From positions 54,062-118,061 of the IMG/VR virus record IMGVR_UViG_3300020057_001232: DNA of 64,000 bases; one strand, given 5' to 3'. Under the pieces are notes generated by a model, which worked only from the letters and a program-made list of their open reading frames with translations, searched no databases and was not told where the DNA came from. Source of the DNA: a virus. The translations under genes and the position numbers were made by a program. Positions 29,365-38,477 of the stretch are shown here, piece after piece (position 1 is the stretch's first letter; every line of letters starts with the position of its first letter).

Positions 29365-30810
29365 TTGATGCGTGCAACATACACTGATAAGGATATCATC
29401 ACCGAACTGAGACGTGTGTACCAACTGTTCGGCAAGCGTTTTACTCGAAGAGAGTACCGCACCGAAGGACAGATTGCATCGTCCGTCATCGAACATCGTT
29501 TCGGTGGATGGCAACAGGCTCTTGATGCAGCGGTGTCAGAAGACAGATTCACGCCCCGTCGTGAGCCTGCCGTAGCCGCTCCGTCTCAGAAGCGATCCGA
29601 AGAGGTACGGCTCTCTAAAGAAGAAGTCCGTATTCTTAAAGAAGAAGAGAAGATCAGTAAGCACCACGAGCGTATTCGTGAGCTTGAGCAACAACGCCAA
29701 GCTTTCTCGCCTGTGAAAGAGCTAGAGCGTGAGTGGGCAGACGAACGTCGTTCCTTGGTTGAAAAGGCTGAACAGAAACAAGTTCGCTACTTCAAAGACA
29801 AAGCCCACAAAATTGACCTCCTAGGAGAGTATGTCACCGAAGCCGTCAAAGACCTCGAACCTATGACGGTTGTCTACGAGCAACGCCCCCGTCAGCTCGT
29901 TCCTACTTCTAGCAGCGAAAACTGCACGCTTTGGTTTGAGTTCTCCGATCTTCAGCTAGGGACAAAGATGACCTTAGAGGAGATGGGTGGTCTCAACGAG
30001 CACAATTGGGAAATTTGGCGTCGTAAGCTAGAAATCTGGAAGACGCAAGCTATCGAAAAAATCGCTGCCTATGACAGTCAACGACGCCTCGATGCCGTAG
30101 TCCTTGCCTGCCTTGGCGACATGGTTGAAGGTCAAGACATCTTCGCTAGTCAGATTTGGCAAATTGACCGCCCGGTCGTAGATCAAGCCACGCAAGGTGC
30201 GGAAGATACGGCAGCAGCCTTTGCTGAGATCTGCCTGACCTTTCCCCATATCAAATTCAAGATTTTGGAAGTGTTCGGTAACCACGGGCGTATCGGTAAA
30301 AAAGGTGAAACACCTTACGCCAACAGCATGGACAAAGTGTACCAACGCTTTCTTCAGCTACGGCTTGCCGCTATTAGAGAAATCACCAACCTGACCTATT
30401 TTGAAAATGAGTCTTGGTTCTACTTCACACAGCTTTATGGGTGGAATCACCTCTTGCTGCATGGTGACCAAGGCATGTCGTCTTTGTGGTCGAACCGTCC
30501 TACGGTGAACGGTCTTGAAAAGGGCATCACACGGTATAACCAAATGCTCCAAGGGCAAGTTCACTTCGTCCATTGTGGTCACTTTCACAACGACTGGCAG
30601 CTTTCCATGAACATGGCACAGCTACTAATCAACGGATCTTTTATTGGAACCTCGAACTTTTCGGCGTCGAAAATGGTGGCTTCTGGACCTCCGGTCCAAG
30701 TCATGCATGTCTTTGAGCCAAGGGTTGGACTCGCTCGGACGGAACGAATCCATTTAGTGGATGGTGACGTAAGAAATCCAATCAAACCGAAAAGCATCAT
30801 TACAGATTAA
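29365..30810 (+). CDS. calcineurin-like metallophosphoesterase with N-terminal HNH-associated repeat
   Basis: SDLQLG, LGDMVEG, GNHGR, LHGD, GHFH; N-terminus paralogous to 29048. Confidence 0.85.
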   Translation: MMRATYTDKDIITELRRVYQLFGKRFTRREYRTEGQIASSVIEHRFGGWQQALDAAVSEDRFTPRREPAVAAPSQKRSEEVRLSKEEVRILKEEEKISKHHERIRELEQQRQAFSPVKELEREWADERRSLVEKAEQKQVRYFKDKAHKIDLLGEYVTEAVKDLEPMTVVYEQRPRQLVPTSSSENCTLWFEFSDLQLGTKMTLEEMGGLNEHNWEIWRRKLEIWKTQAIEKIAAYDSQRRLDAVVLACLGDMVEGQDIFASQIWQIDRPVVDQATQGAEDTAAAFAEICLTFPHIKFKILEVFGNHGRIGKKGETPYANSMDKVYQRFLQLRLAAIREITNLTYFENESWFYFTQLYGWNHLLLHGDQGMSSLWSNRPTVNGLEKGITRYNQMLQGQVHFVHCGHFHNDWQLSMNMAQLLINGSFIGTSNFSASKMVASGPPVQVMHVFEPRVGLARTERIHLVDGDVRNPIKPKSIITD

Positions 30811-30889
30811 CTGCTACAAGATCTTAACCTTCCTTACCTATAATCATGCATCATGATAAACTGGTACTTGAGTAGCAGGAGGAACAGCA

Positions 30890-31174
30890 ATGGAAGGTTT
30901 AGCAGCAGATAGGATTTTCGAGATCGTAGGCATGATAAGTGCCTGCTCCTTCATCATCATCGCCGTGGGTGACTTCCTGTCACGCAGCATGGACATAATC
31001 GTAACAAGAGTCTTCGCTCCTAAGGAAACGATGCTAGCTAAGCAGGTCGTTTTTACTTGGGGTCTTCTGAAGGCTCTGTACGAAGAGTTTCGTGCGTTCC
31101 TCGACAAGCTAAGTGCCTACTCCCGTCCCCGTGGAGCCATAAATGCACCGCTGAAAGAGGAGCCAAAAAAGTGA
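30890..31174 (+). CDS. small membrane protein (holin-like)
   Basis: AGGAGG RBS, hydrophobic N-terminal helix, charged C-terminus. Confidence 0.45.
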   Translation: MEGLAADRIFEIVGMISACSFIIIAVGDFLSRSMDIIVTRVFAPKETMLAKQVVFTWGLLKALYEEFRAFLDKLSAYSRPRGAINAPLKEEPKK

Positions 31175-31731
31175 GTAACATCCTGAGCGAGATCGAGAGT
31201 GGATATTTAAAACCGTTTCTTGATCTTCTCAGGTCGGGAGGCACGTCTGCTAAAAGACCTGCACCCGAATGGCTGTTAGGGTTCAAGACCAAAGCCTATT
31301 TCAACAGTAGCGATTTTCTGTACGCCTCCTACGCCTCTCTTCTTTCGTCCAACAAGAAACAAAAAGTAGACTTTCACAGCGAGACCGGTCTGATTCTAAA
31401 GCGGTTATATGAGTACGCCAAAGATCTACCTTCTATGACTAGAACGTTTGATTTCTTGGAAGACTTCCGAGCCTTTATGCGGGGAGAGACCGACAAAATC
31501 CCAGCGTTTTGCGGGGGTGCTCAAGAGGCGTATGCGAAGCTGAAATACTTAGAAGGTAGTCCATACGCCTTAAGATTAATTGATGAGTACGTAGACTACA
31601 GCACCTTTTCCAAGCTTAAAACGCAGGACTTCACTGCGCTCTACAGGGTCTCAGTCTACGATTTCGCCGAAGTGATTTTGTGCTCTCTATCTGTCGATGA
31701 AGTTATAAAGTTCGTCGAGAGCAAAAGATAA
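31171..31731 (+). CDS. hypothetical protein
   Basis: GAGGAG RBS with GTG start. Confidence 0.6.
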   Translation: MSNILSEIESGYLKPFLDLLRSGGTSAKRPAPEWLLGFKTKAYFNSSDFLYASYASLLSSNKKQKVDFHSETGLILKRLYEYAKDLPSMTRTFDFLEDFRAFMRGETDKIPAFCGGAQEAYAKLKYLEGSPYALRLIDEYVDYSTFSKLKTQDFTALYRVSVYDFAEVILCSLSVDEVIKFVESKR

Positions 31732-31742
31732 AAAGGTAATTT

Positions 31743-32960
31743 ATGACCATTCAAGGTGCAGCTTTTCAAGGAACCACTCAGGAAACATCGAGGGTCCTGA
31801 AGAGGGGTCAACTTGAATTTTTCTTTTTCAAGTTCTTCTATGACCAAGCTGAAACGCAACCGGTCATGCCTATCGACGCCCAAACCCACCCCAACTTCCG
31901 CATCCTTTCGCCTACGGGAGACATGCTTGCTCAAGGTGTCGCCGTGCCGGGAGCTTCTCCTGGCATTTGGCGGACGGGTTGGGTTGTACCCAGAGATGCT
32001 GCCTTAACTAACGTCCACAAGCGCTACCGCCTTCAAGTGGTAATGGTGGACTCAAACCTGCGCCAGTTTGAGACAAGTTTTGAGTTCGACGTAGTAGAGA
32101 CGGAAGTTCCCGCACAGACGCCCGAGCTTCAACAGCTTATGACGTTCGTCGGCGAGCCGTTGCGTATCAGTTTTATGAATACGGTAAGACCTGAGCTTTT
32201 GCGCCTCAGGGTGTCCCCGAGAGGGTTCGACGCAACCGTTCTTCATTATGCGACTTGGACACCGAACGTAACGGGACCGAACAATCTCATCGAAGTCGAA
32301 AGAGACAACTTCTTCGTCTATTACACGGACATTCCGTCGTTTCCGACTGCTGGCGAATACTCAGCTATTTGGACGGTACGTGACTTCCCGGAGAGTCAAC
32401 AAGAGCTAGAGCACCAATCCATAGAAGTCGTGACGACTACACAGATGCACCTCATTAAGTCGCTACGGATGTTGATTGATAAACTACAGAAAAAGCTTGG
32501 AATTGTTTATGCTTACACCAACGAACAGCTCATCGAATACATCAAAAAGGGTACAGCACTTGTCAACTCCTACTTTCCCCCGACTAACTTTACCCCTAAC
32601 GATATACCTGCGTCTTTAGAGGCGTTTTCGGTACTGGCGGCGGCGTGGTGGGGTCTTAATGCACAGAGGATGCTCTATGCAGAAACTATGTTGGAATTTA
32701 GTGGGCAAACGGTCACTCTCGGGTACAACCCAGGAGCGGAGCTTGAGGGTATTGCCGCAAGCTTTAAAGAAACACTCGACTCGCAGCTTAAAGCCACAAA
32801 GAAATCACTCTTCCGTGCGGGCTCAGCCGTTGGGTTTATTGCGACTCGTCCTCAGCGTAACCGTGGCGGCGTCGTCTTCAAAGTCAGCAATTACTCAGGC
32901 AGCAGCAACAATAATAACATCCTCGGCACCCTGGCTGCATACGGGCTACCGCTCGATTGA
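31743..32960 (+). CDS. putative head-tail adaptor/neck protein
   Basis: Beta-rich N-terminal half, helical C-terminal half ('LRMLIDK...YTNEQL...VNSYFPPT'). Confidence 0.55.
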   Translation: MTIQGAAFQGTTQETSRVLKRGQLEFFFFKFFYDQAETQPVMPIDAQTHPNFRILSPTGDMLAQGVAVPGASPGIWRTGWVVPRDAALTNVHKRYRLQVVMVDSNLRQFETSFEFDVVETEVPAQTPELQQLMTFVGEPLRISFMNTVRPELLRLRVSPRGFDATVLHYATWTPNVTGPNNLIEVERDNFFVYYTDIPSFPTAGEYSAIWTVRDFPESQQELEHQSIEVVTTTQMHLIKSLRMLIDKLQKKLGIVYAYTNEQLIEYIKKGTALVNSYFPPTNFTPNDIPASLEAFSVLAAAWWGLNAQRMLYAETMLEFSGQTVTLGYNPGAELEGIAASFKETLDSQLKATKKSLFRAGSAVGFIATRPQRNRGGVVFKVSNYSGSSNNNNILGTLAAYGLPLD

Positions 32961-33060
32961 CGGTCGGTTAGCTTCTCTTCTTCTATTTATCCCCTTACTG
33001 AAAAAGTTCTTAGGGAGGGCACATTACGTGCTCTTGTCTCCCTATTCCCTGGAGGTATCT

Positions 33061-33438
33061 ATGAGTATGGCTGATGAAAGATTCTACAAACGCAAACTCA
33101 ACGAGATGGAGCAGGACATTAAACGCTTACAGCGTGAGATCCAAAAGCTCCGTGCGATGCAAAAGAACTCCCGTCGAACTCCAGACAAGCAGCTTACGAG
33201 AACCCTTCAACGAGAAGCTGACTTGCAGGAAGTCTTCGACCAAATGCAAGCCGCCGAGTTTCAGCCGGTACAAGTCGAAATTATAAAAGAGAGAAAGTGC
33301 GACAACCGCTGTAAACAATGCCAGTCTGACAACGTGCATCAGATCCAAGCTGGTATGCGTACAGTAATAGTTTGCGGAGATTGCTCTTCCAGGTATACTG
33401 TTAAGACCAAAGAATACGAGGTAGCGAAACTGGCTTAA
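33061..33438 (+). CDS. coiled-coil plus Zn-ribbon protein
   Basis: GGAGG RBS; CKQC...CGDC. Confidence 0.7.
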   Translation: MSMADERFYKRKLNEMEQDIKRLQREIQKLRAMQKNSRRTPDKQLTRTLQREADLQEVFDQMQAAEFQPVQVEIIKERKCDNRCKQCQSDNVHQIQAGMRTVIVCGDCSSRYTVKTKEYEVAKLA

Positions 33439-33439
33439 T

Positions 33440-33847
33440 GTGGATTTTGAAATTCTACACATTATATTAAATGTTATCTCAATTACATTAGGCGTAATAA
33501 CAATGGGTAAACTTTTTTTCGTCCGAAAATCACAAGAAACTATGATGCGTGAGCAAACGGAGCTACTAGCACAGCTTTTAGCCGCTCAACAGCTTGCCAA
33601 TCCTCAGCAGCAAGTCTCCACACACACCATCGTCGAGCGGGTTACGCAGGCACCTGCGGAACAAGTATCGACTCCCGCAGAGTCTATACCAGACTTTCAG
33701 TTCGATGAGCCTGACCTGCCGTTCATTCCTAGAATGGATTTAAAGGGTAAAGCTACCTTAGACGCCGTGTCTGAGGAGACTTCGGACTTCGACGCCAAAG
33801 GCGGTGCTAAGAAGCTCCGTAAAGTGAAAGAAGGTCAGGGTTCGTGA
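33440..33847 (+). CDS. membrane-anchored hypothetical protein
   Basis: N-terminal TM helix. Confidence 0.6.
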   Translation: MDFEILHIILNVISITLGVITMGKLFFVRKSQETMMREQTELLAQLLAAQQLANPQQQVSTHTIVERVTQAPAEQVSTPAESIPDFQFDEPDLPFIPRMDLKGKATLDAVSEETSDFDAKGGAKKLRKVKEGQGS

Positions 33848-34191
33848 AGCAAGTCATTGTCATGCGTACAGACTTGAATATGAGAAAAGGCAAAATGATC
33901 GCCCAAGGTGCCCACGCAAGCTTAACGGCGTGCATTCGTGCTCAGGTTCTAAACGATCCCAGGTACCAACACTGGTTAGACAACGGGATGAAAAAGATCT
34001 GCGTCGGGATCGGCTCGGCAGCGGAGCTTGTAAAGCTCTACACAGACGCAGAAAACTCTGGTATTGTTGCTTCTCTGATCTTAGACCAAGGTCTTACCGA
34101 GTTCAACGAAGAGACGTTTACAGCGGTAGCTATCGGACCTGCTGACGATGAAGCTGTAGATGAATTTACCAGACACTTGAAACTTTTATAA
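33844..34191 (+). CDS. pth2: peptidyl-tRNA hydrolase, Pth2 type
   Basis: KQVIVMRTDLNMRKGKMIAQGAHA...DQGLTE...TAVAIGP...TRHLKLL. Confidence 0.95.
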   Translation: MKQVIVMRTDLNMRKGKMIAQGAHASLTACIRAQVLNDPRYQHWLDNGMKKICVGIGSAAELVKLYTDAENSGIVASLILDQGLTEFNEETFTAVAIGPADDEAVDEFTRHLKLL

Positions 34192-34201
34192 GGAGATCTA
34201 T

Positions 34202-35209
34202 ATGGCTCGTGGACTTGACGTTGGGACATCCAACCTCGTAGCAGCTCAGCTCAATAAAGACGGGCAGGTCGTCACGAAGCGCCTTCGAAATGCCTTCATC
34301 GAAATCGACGAGGAGCAAAAAGCTCGCCTTTCTCAAGGCGGATTGAATGCCGTCCACATCAAAGACCGCAGCTATATCGTCGGCGACGAAGCCATTTCGA
34401 TTGCTCGCATTCTAAATAAAGAAGTCCGTCGTCCGATGGCTAGCGGCGTTCTTAACCCTGACGAGAAAGATGGTCGCTCAGTGATCGGTCTTCTCATCAA
34501 AGCACTTCTCGGCGAGCCGTCAGAAGACGACGAAAAGGTTTGCTTTTCGATCCCTGCCGTCGCCGTCGATGCAGTTACGAAGACAAACAACATTTGGCAT
34601 ACGGGATTTTTTTCGTCCCTTCTTGAAAACATGGGGTACCAACCTGAGCCCATCAACGAAGCCTTAGCCATCGTCTACGCCGAATGTGCGGAAGATGGTC
34701 ACAGCGGCATCGCCATTTCCCACGGAGCAGGGCAGGTGAACGTCTGTGCTTCTTACAAACTTGTAGGCTCGCTTGAGTTCTCCATCGCTCGTTCGGGAGA
34801 TTGGGTTGACCAAAACTCTGCTACGGCGTCCGGTGTCTCAATTGCGAGAGTCCTAAAAGTCAAAGAAGATCCAAACTTCGACCTTCTCGACTACGAAACT
34901 GTGGACGACGAGATCGGTCCAGCTCTTTTCTACCACTACTCAGCAATGATTAAGTACGAGATCATGCACCTTGCTCGTGAATGGATGAAGATGAAGTCGC
35001 AGCTCGACTTCCCGGACTCCATCCCCATCGTCCTCAGCGGCGGTACGGCGTCGATCAAAGGCTTCAAAGAGCTTTGGGAGCTAGAGCTAAACCGCTTTCA
35101 GAAAAAGAACACGCTTCCGTTTAAAATTAAAGAAGTCCGTATGGCGAAGGACCCCTTCGGAGCGGTCGCTAAAGGTCTTCTCACTTACGCAATGTCACAG
35201 GGGAAATAA
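34202..35209 (+). CDS. actin-like ATPase (MreB/ParM superfamily)
   Basis: GLDVGTS phosphate-1, 'INEALA', 'SHGAG', VLSGGT adenosine motif, VAKG. Confidence 0.85.
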   Translation: MARGLDVGTSNLVAAQLNKDGQVVTKRLRNAFIEIDEEQKARLSQGGLNAVHIKDRSYIVGDEAISIARILNKEVRRPMASGVLNPDEKDGRSVIGLLIKALLGEPSEDDEKVCFSIPAVAVDAVTKTNNIWHTGFFSSLLENMGYQPEPINEALAIVYAECAEDGHSGIAISHGAGQVNVCASYKLVGSLEFSIARSGDWVDQNSATASGVSIARVLKVKEDPNFDLLDYETVDDEIGPALFYHYSAMIKYEIMHLAREWMKMKSQLDFPDSIPIVLSGGTASIKGFKELWELELNRFQKKNTLPFKIKEVRMAKDPFGAVAKGLLTYAMSQGK

Positions 35210-35496
35210 TGAAGGCTAGAAAGAAACCAGTCATCATTGAGTGTTTTCAATACGACCCGGCTGAGTCGTTCCCGGTTTGGGCTCAAGGCAAAGCTGTCAT
35301 TGATCCTACGTCTATGCAGATTGTTATCGAGACGCTTGAGGGCACGCACCGTGCAAGTCCGGGTGACTACATTATTCAAGGCGTGAAGGGTGAAGTGTAC
35401 CCCTGCCGTAAAGATATCTTTGAGGAAACTTATGACGTACTCGTGGAGTTTACTACTCAGCCTGTTGTTGGCGTCGTTCACTCTGTCGTCGTGTGA
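35209..35496 (+). CDS. PGDYG-type phage protein
   Basis: RKKPVIIE...TLEG....PGDYII.GVKGEVYPC..DIF..TY. Confidence 0.8.
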   Translation: MKARKKPVIIECFQYDPAESFPVWAQGKAVIDPTSMQIVIETLEGTHRASPGDYIIQGVKGEVYPCRKDIFEETYDVLVEFTTQPVVGVVHSVVV

Positions 35497-35619
35497 GCGA
35501 GCGGATGAAGGCATGTTAGCCTGCCAAAAAGCCTGCGGCGAGTTCGGCGTAGCTACTTACTTGCACAGCACAAGCCAACCTGTTTGCATGTGCAAAGCGG
35601 GCAAGGAATGTCCTATTAA

Positions 35620-35880
35620 ATGAGAGGAGTATTTGTGAACATCAATGCTATCCCTGTATTCGGTTGGTTCCTATCCATAGGACTTGCAGCATCCATCTCA
35701 GTCCCGTTTTACTTTCTGTGGAATTGGCTAGGACCGATCTACTTCTCGTTCCTTCCCCCACTCTACTTACAGCTACCGTTCTGGCATTGCGTTGGCTTGT
35801 GGGTTCTTGTTCCCATGGTTAAGGCTCTGCTTTTCCCGACGATCAGCTCAAGCTCGTCTTCGACGGCAGCTAAGACCTGA
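35620..35880 (+). CDS. small membrane protein
   Basis: Two hydrophobic segments. Confidence 0.6.
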   Translation: MRGVFVNINAIPVFGWFLSIGLAASISVPFYFLWNWLGPIYFSFLPPLYLQLPFWHCVGLWVLVPMVKALLFPTISSSSSSTAAKT

Positions 35881-36001
35881 TCTTTCCCGACAAGGTTAAT
35901 CCTTCAAGATTAACCTGAAGGCAGATCCAATTGCCTTGTCTCGTTGGGGAGTTCACGGTGTTTCCTTTAAAGCAAACAGCTAATCAAGAGCGAGCAGTCT
36001 G

Positions 36002-36403
36002 ATGGCAATTCGGGTCATAAGACAAATCGCAATCGCTATGCCTACGGCGAAGAAGCCGCTGCCGTTTATCTTCTATAAGATGGAAGGTTACCCAGACGGC
36101 GGACACGTCAACGTCAAAACAAACGACTTCATCTTGAGGGCGTTTAGTGCGGGGAAAATCGTCGGCGAAATCGTCGTCATCCACTCCGGCAGGAAGATCT
36201 CTGCCTACAGCGCACACGTTGAAGAGAGCTACCGCCGACGAGGGGTAGCGACCGCCCTCTATGACAAAGCGGAAGAAATAACAGGAAAGGAAATAGTTCC
36301 TTACCCATATTCAACAGACCATCTCAGTTTCGAAGACGACATAACGGAGGAGGCTCAAAAGTTCTGGGTTAATCGTTGGCGGAAAAAAGGTCAGTACGGC
36401 TAA
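36002..36403 (+). CDS. GNAT-family acetyltransferase
   Basis: V.ESYRRRGVATALY motif A; 'AQKFW'. Confidence 0.75.
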   Translation: MAIRVIRQIAIAMPTAKKPLPFIFYKMEGYPDGGHVNVKTNDFILRAFSAGKIVGEIVVIHSGRKISAYSAHVEESYRRRGVATALYDKAEEITGKEIVPYPYSTDHLSFEDDITEEAQKFWVNRWRKKGQYG

Positions 36404-36546
36404 GCAAAATGAACCCCACTGTACTGTAAAAAACGCCTTTGAATCTCGAAATTAGAGCTTTAGAGCGGGTTCGACCTACCTACCCCTCTCTAAGTAAGAT
36501 TCATTGGCATTGAATACGTAACCATTTTCGGTGGGAATCACTTTGC
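36404..36546 (+). ncRNA. candidate rod-like structured RNA (6S-like architecture)
   Basis: GCAAA..TGA..CCCACTG pairs with CGGTGGG..TCA.TTTGC; central bubble; GCC..TGAATCT..TTAGAG pairs with CTCTAA..AGATTCA..GGC. Confidence 0.4.
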
Positions 36547-36640
36547 CTTTTATTGGACGAAATTCTAGCACCGACAACAACAAAATCTGGCGGTTTTCGG
36601 AAGCTAGAGTTGACAGCTTTGTCGGGGGCAGGACGGTAAG

Positions 36641-37318
36641 ATGGCTCCAATAATCGACGTAACCTCCGGCATTGTCCGTAACCTTCTAAAGACTACGTAC
36701 TATCTCCGCATTCCCAGAAAAGACAAAGTTGGAAAGACAGTCCCCCTGCGTCACGACCGGGACGGTCAAACTATCCCACTACCACCTAACGTCGATGTTG
36801 AACTTTTCTGGAAAGACTTCGATGCGATTGAAGAGCAGCTCATCGCTCTCAACCGCGACAACATCGTTAGGATCATCAAACGTCCTACCCACAGCTCTGG
36901 TGTTGGCACCGATAATTTAGACATTGAGAAAGATTCAGTTACGGTAGTGTCGGATGCTCTCTTTTTGAACTTCCACGGCAACGTAGATGTGACCAATGAG
37001 GGAGCAAACCGTGCGGGCGTTACAGTTAGAGCCAACAATCAAGGCAGGGAAGTTTTCTTCACTGCTGGAGATTGGAACGAGCACACATTAGAAATTATCC
37101 CTACCGGCGTTCCGGTAATAGGTCAAATCGGACCCCATCAGTTGCCCGTATCAGGAAAACAATACGACGTAGCTCCCTTTAAGATTCTCAGCGTGGACGA
37201 CAGACGACCGATTGACCTCGATACTTTTGTTAACATCTCAACTGGAGTTATCTCCCTTAAAAAAGCTCCTGCCATTCCAGATTTTGCAGGTCTCGTTATG
37301 CTTACGATGATTCTGTGA
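36641..37318 (+). CDS. virion structural protein
   Basis: C-terminal domain paralogous to 37554 (F.A.DW...GQ.GPH.L...KAP...FAG). Confidence 0.65.
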   Translation: MAPIIDVTSGIVRNLLKTTYYLRIPRKDKVGKTVPLRHDRDGQTIPLPPNVDVELFWKDFDAIEEQLIALNRDNIVRIIKRPTHSSGVGTDNLDIEKDSVTVVSDALFLNFHGNVDVTNEGANRAGVTVRANNQGREVFFTAGDWNEHTLEIIPTGVPVIGQIGPHQLPVSGKQYDVAPFKILSVDDRRPIDLDTFVNISTGVISLKKAPAIPDFAGLVMLTMIL

Positions 37319-37328
37319 AGGGGGTGGT

Positions 37329-37529
37329 GTGAATAACATTCAAGCAGTCAACCGAAGAATCGACAAACTAGAGATAGCATTTGTCCTTCTTTTGAACTGT
37401 TTGCGTGCCACCAAAAAGGTGGAGGAAGACTTCGTTATATTGAAAATCCCTGAAAAAACGCTTGATTCTCTTGAGAAGATGATTCTGGCAAGGATAGGGG
37501 ATGGCAATCAATTAGGTGAGATTAAATAA
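37329..37529 (+). CDS. small hypothetical protein
   Basis: G-rich RBS, GTG start. Confidence 0.5.
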   Translation: MNNIQAVNRRIDKLEIAFVLLLNCLRATKKVEEDFVILKIPEKTLDSLEKMILARIGDGNQLGEIK

Positions 37530-37553
37530 CTACGAAACCACCGAGGAGAGAAA

Positions 37554-38258
37554 ATGGCTAAGTTAATGTACGAACATGTATTCGCGGCTGGCGGCTTCTC
37601 AGGCGAGTCTTTCGACATCGCCGTGGGTCCTGCCAATACAGGTCTAATTGATGTGTTGCTTTCTGCTGGCGACGGCGCTCTAACGGACAATGCTCCCCAC
37701 GCTCTTGTATCGACAGGCGCATTGACGGCAGCAAGGGCTCTCGACATCTCCGGCATGGAGACTGAAGGAGCTGGCGGCGGTGGACAAGCACTTAACGGTC
37801 GCTTCTTCTACCTCTCGGTTCAGAACACCGACATCGAAACTAACCCAATCACAATCAGCAGCTCGACGAGCATCAACGGCGTCGGTACCCTCGTTATCGA
37901 CAACGTCGGTGACTACCTCTTCACGCACCTCTCTGGCGGTGTTTGGAGAGCCAACTTCTTGCCTAGCACTGTTCCTGACACCGCGTCCATGGTCCGTGTT
38001 ACTTTCGCGGCGGCTGACTGGGTTGGCAACGCCATCACGATCCTAAGAACCGGCACTCCAGGTGCGGGTCAAGTTGGTCCCCACGATCTCGCGGCGTACA
38101 ACTCCTACTTGGTGCAGATCATCAACACGGATCAGACGCCTGACGAAATGGTCGATGTCGAGTTGCAGTTCGCTGGCTCGGGTAACATCACCATGCGTAA
38201 AGCGCCAAGAGCGGCAGCTTTCGCTGGTATCGCAGTCATCTCCGGTACTGTTGACTAA
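37554..38258 (+). CDS. virion structural protein
   Basis: GAGGAG RBS, G/A/T-rich, paralogous to 36641. Confidence 0.7.
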   Translation: MAKLMYEHVFAAGGFSGESFDIAVGPANTGLIDVLLSAGDGALTDNAPHALVSTGALTAARALDISGMETEGAGGGGQALNGRFFYLSVQNTDIETNPITISSSTSINGVGTLVIDNVGDYLFTHLSGGVWRANFLPSTVPDTASMVRVTFAAADWVGNAITILRTGTPGAGQVGPHDLAAYNSYLVQIINTDQTPDEMVDVELQFAGSGNITMRKAPRAAAFAGIAVISGTVD

Positions 38259-38270
38259 TAGGGGGCTACA

Positions 38271-38456
38271 ATGGATATGGAAGCTAAAACGAAGGAACTT
38301 CGTCAGGAGTTGGAAGCGATGGGTTCCGAAGAAAGCAAACTTCGTGGACGCATCAAACAGCTCAAGGAAATGATCGAAGAGAAGAAGCGTCGTTCTGCGT
38401 CACTTGCTTCTCTGAGAAAAGAAGAAGAAGCCGTATTGCTAGAACTTCTTAAGTAA
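38271..38456 (+). CDS. small coiled-coil protein
   Basis: Heptad E/K/L-rich, GGGGG RBS. Confidence 0.6.
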   Translation: MDMEAKTKELRQELEAMGSEESKLRGRIKQLKEMIEEKKRRSASLASLRKEEEAVLLELLK

Positions 38457-38477
38457 GTCTGTCGCTGCTGAGGTAAA

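Noticed and set aside
35884-35950. Multi-hairpin as a fourth scaffold RNA
   Set aside because: Lacks the CCYC/ACTT loop, TACAAGCA and tRNA arms; more likely a terminator/promoter structure.
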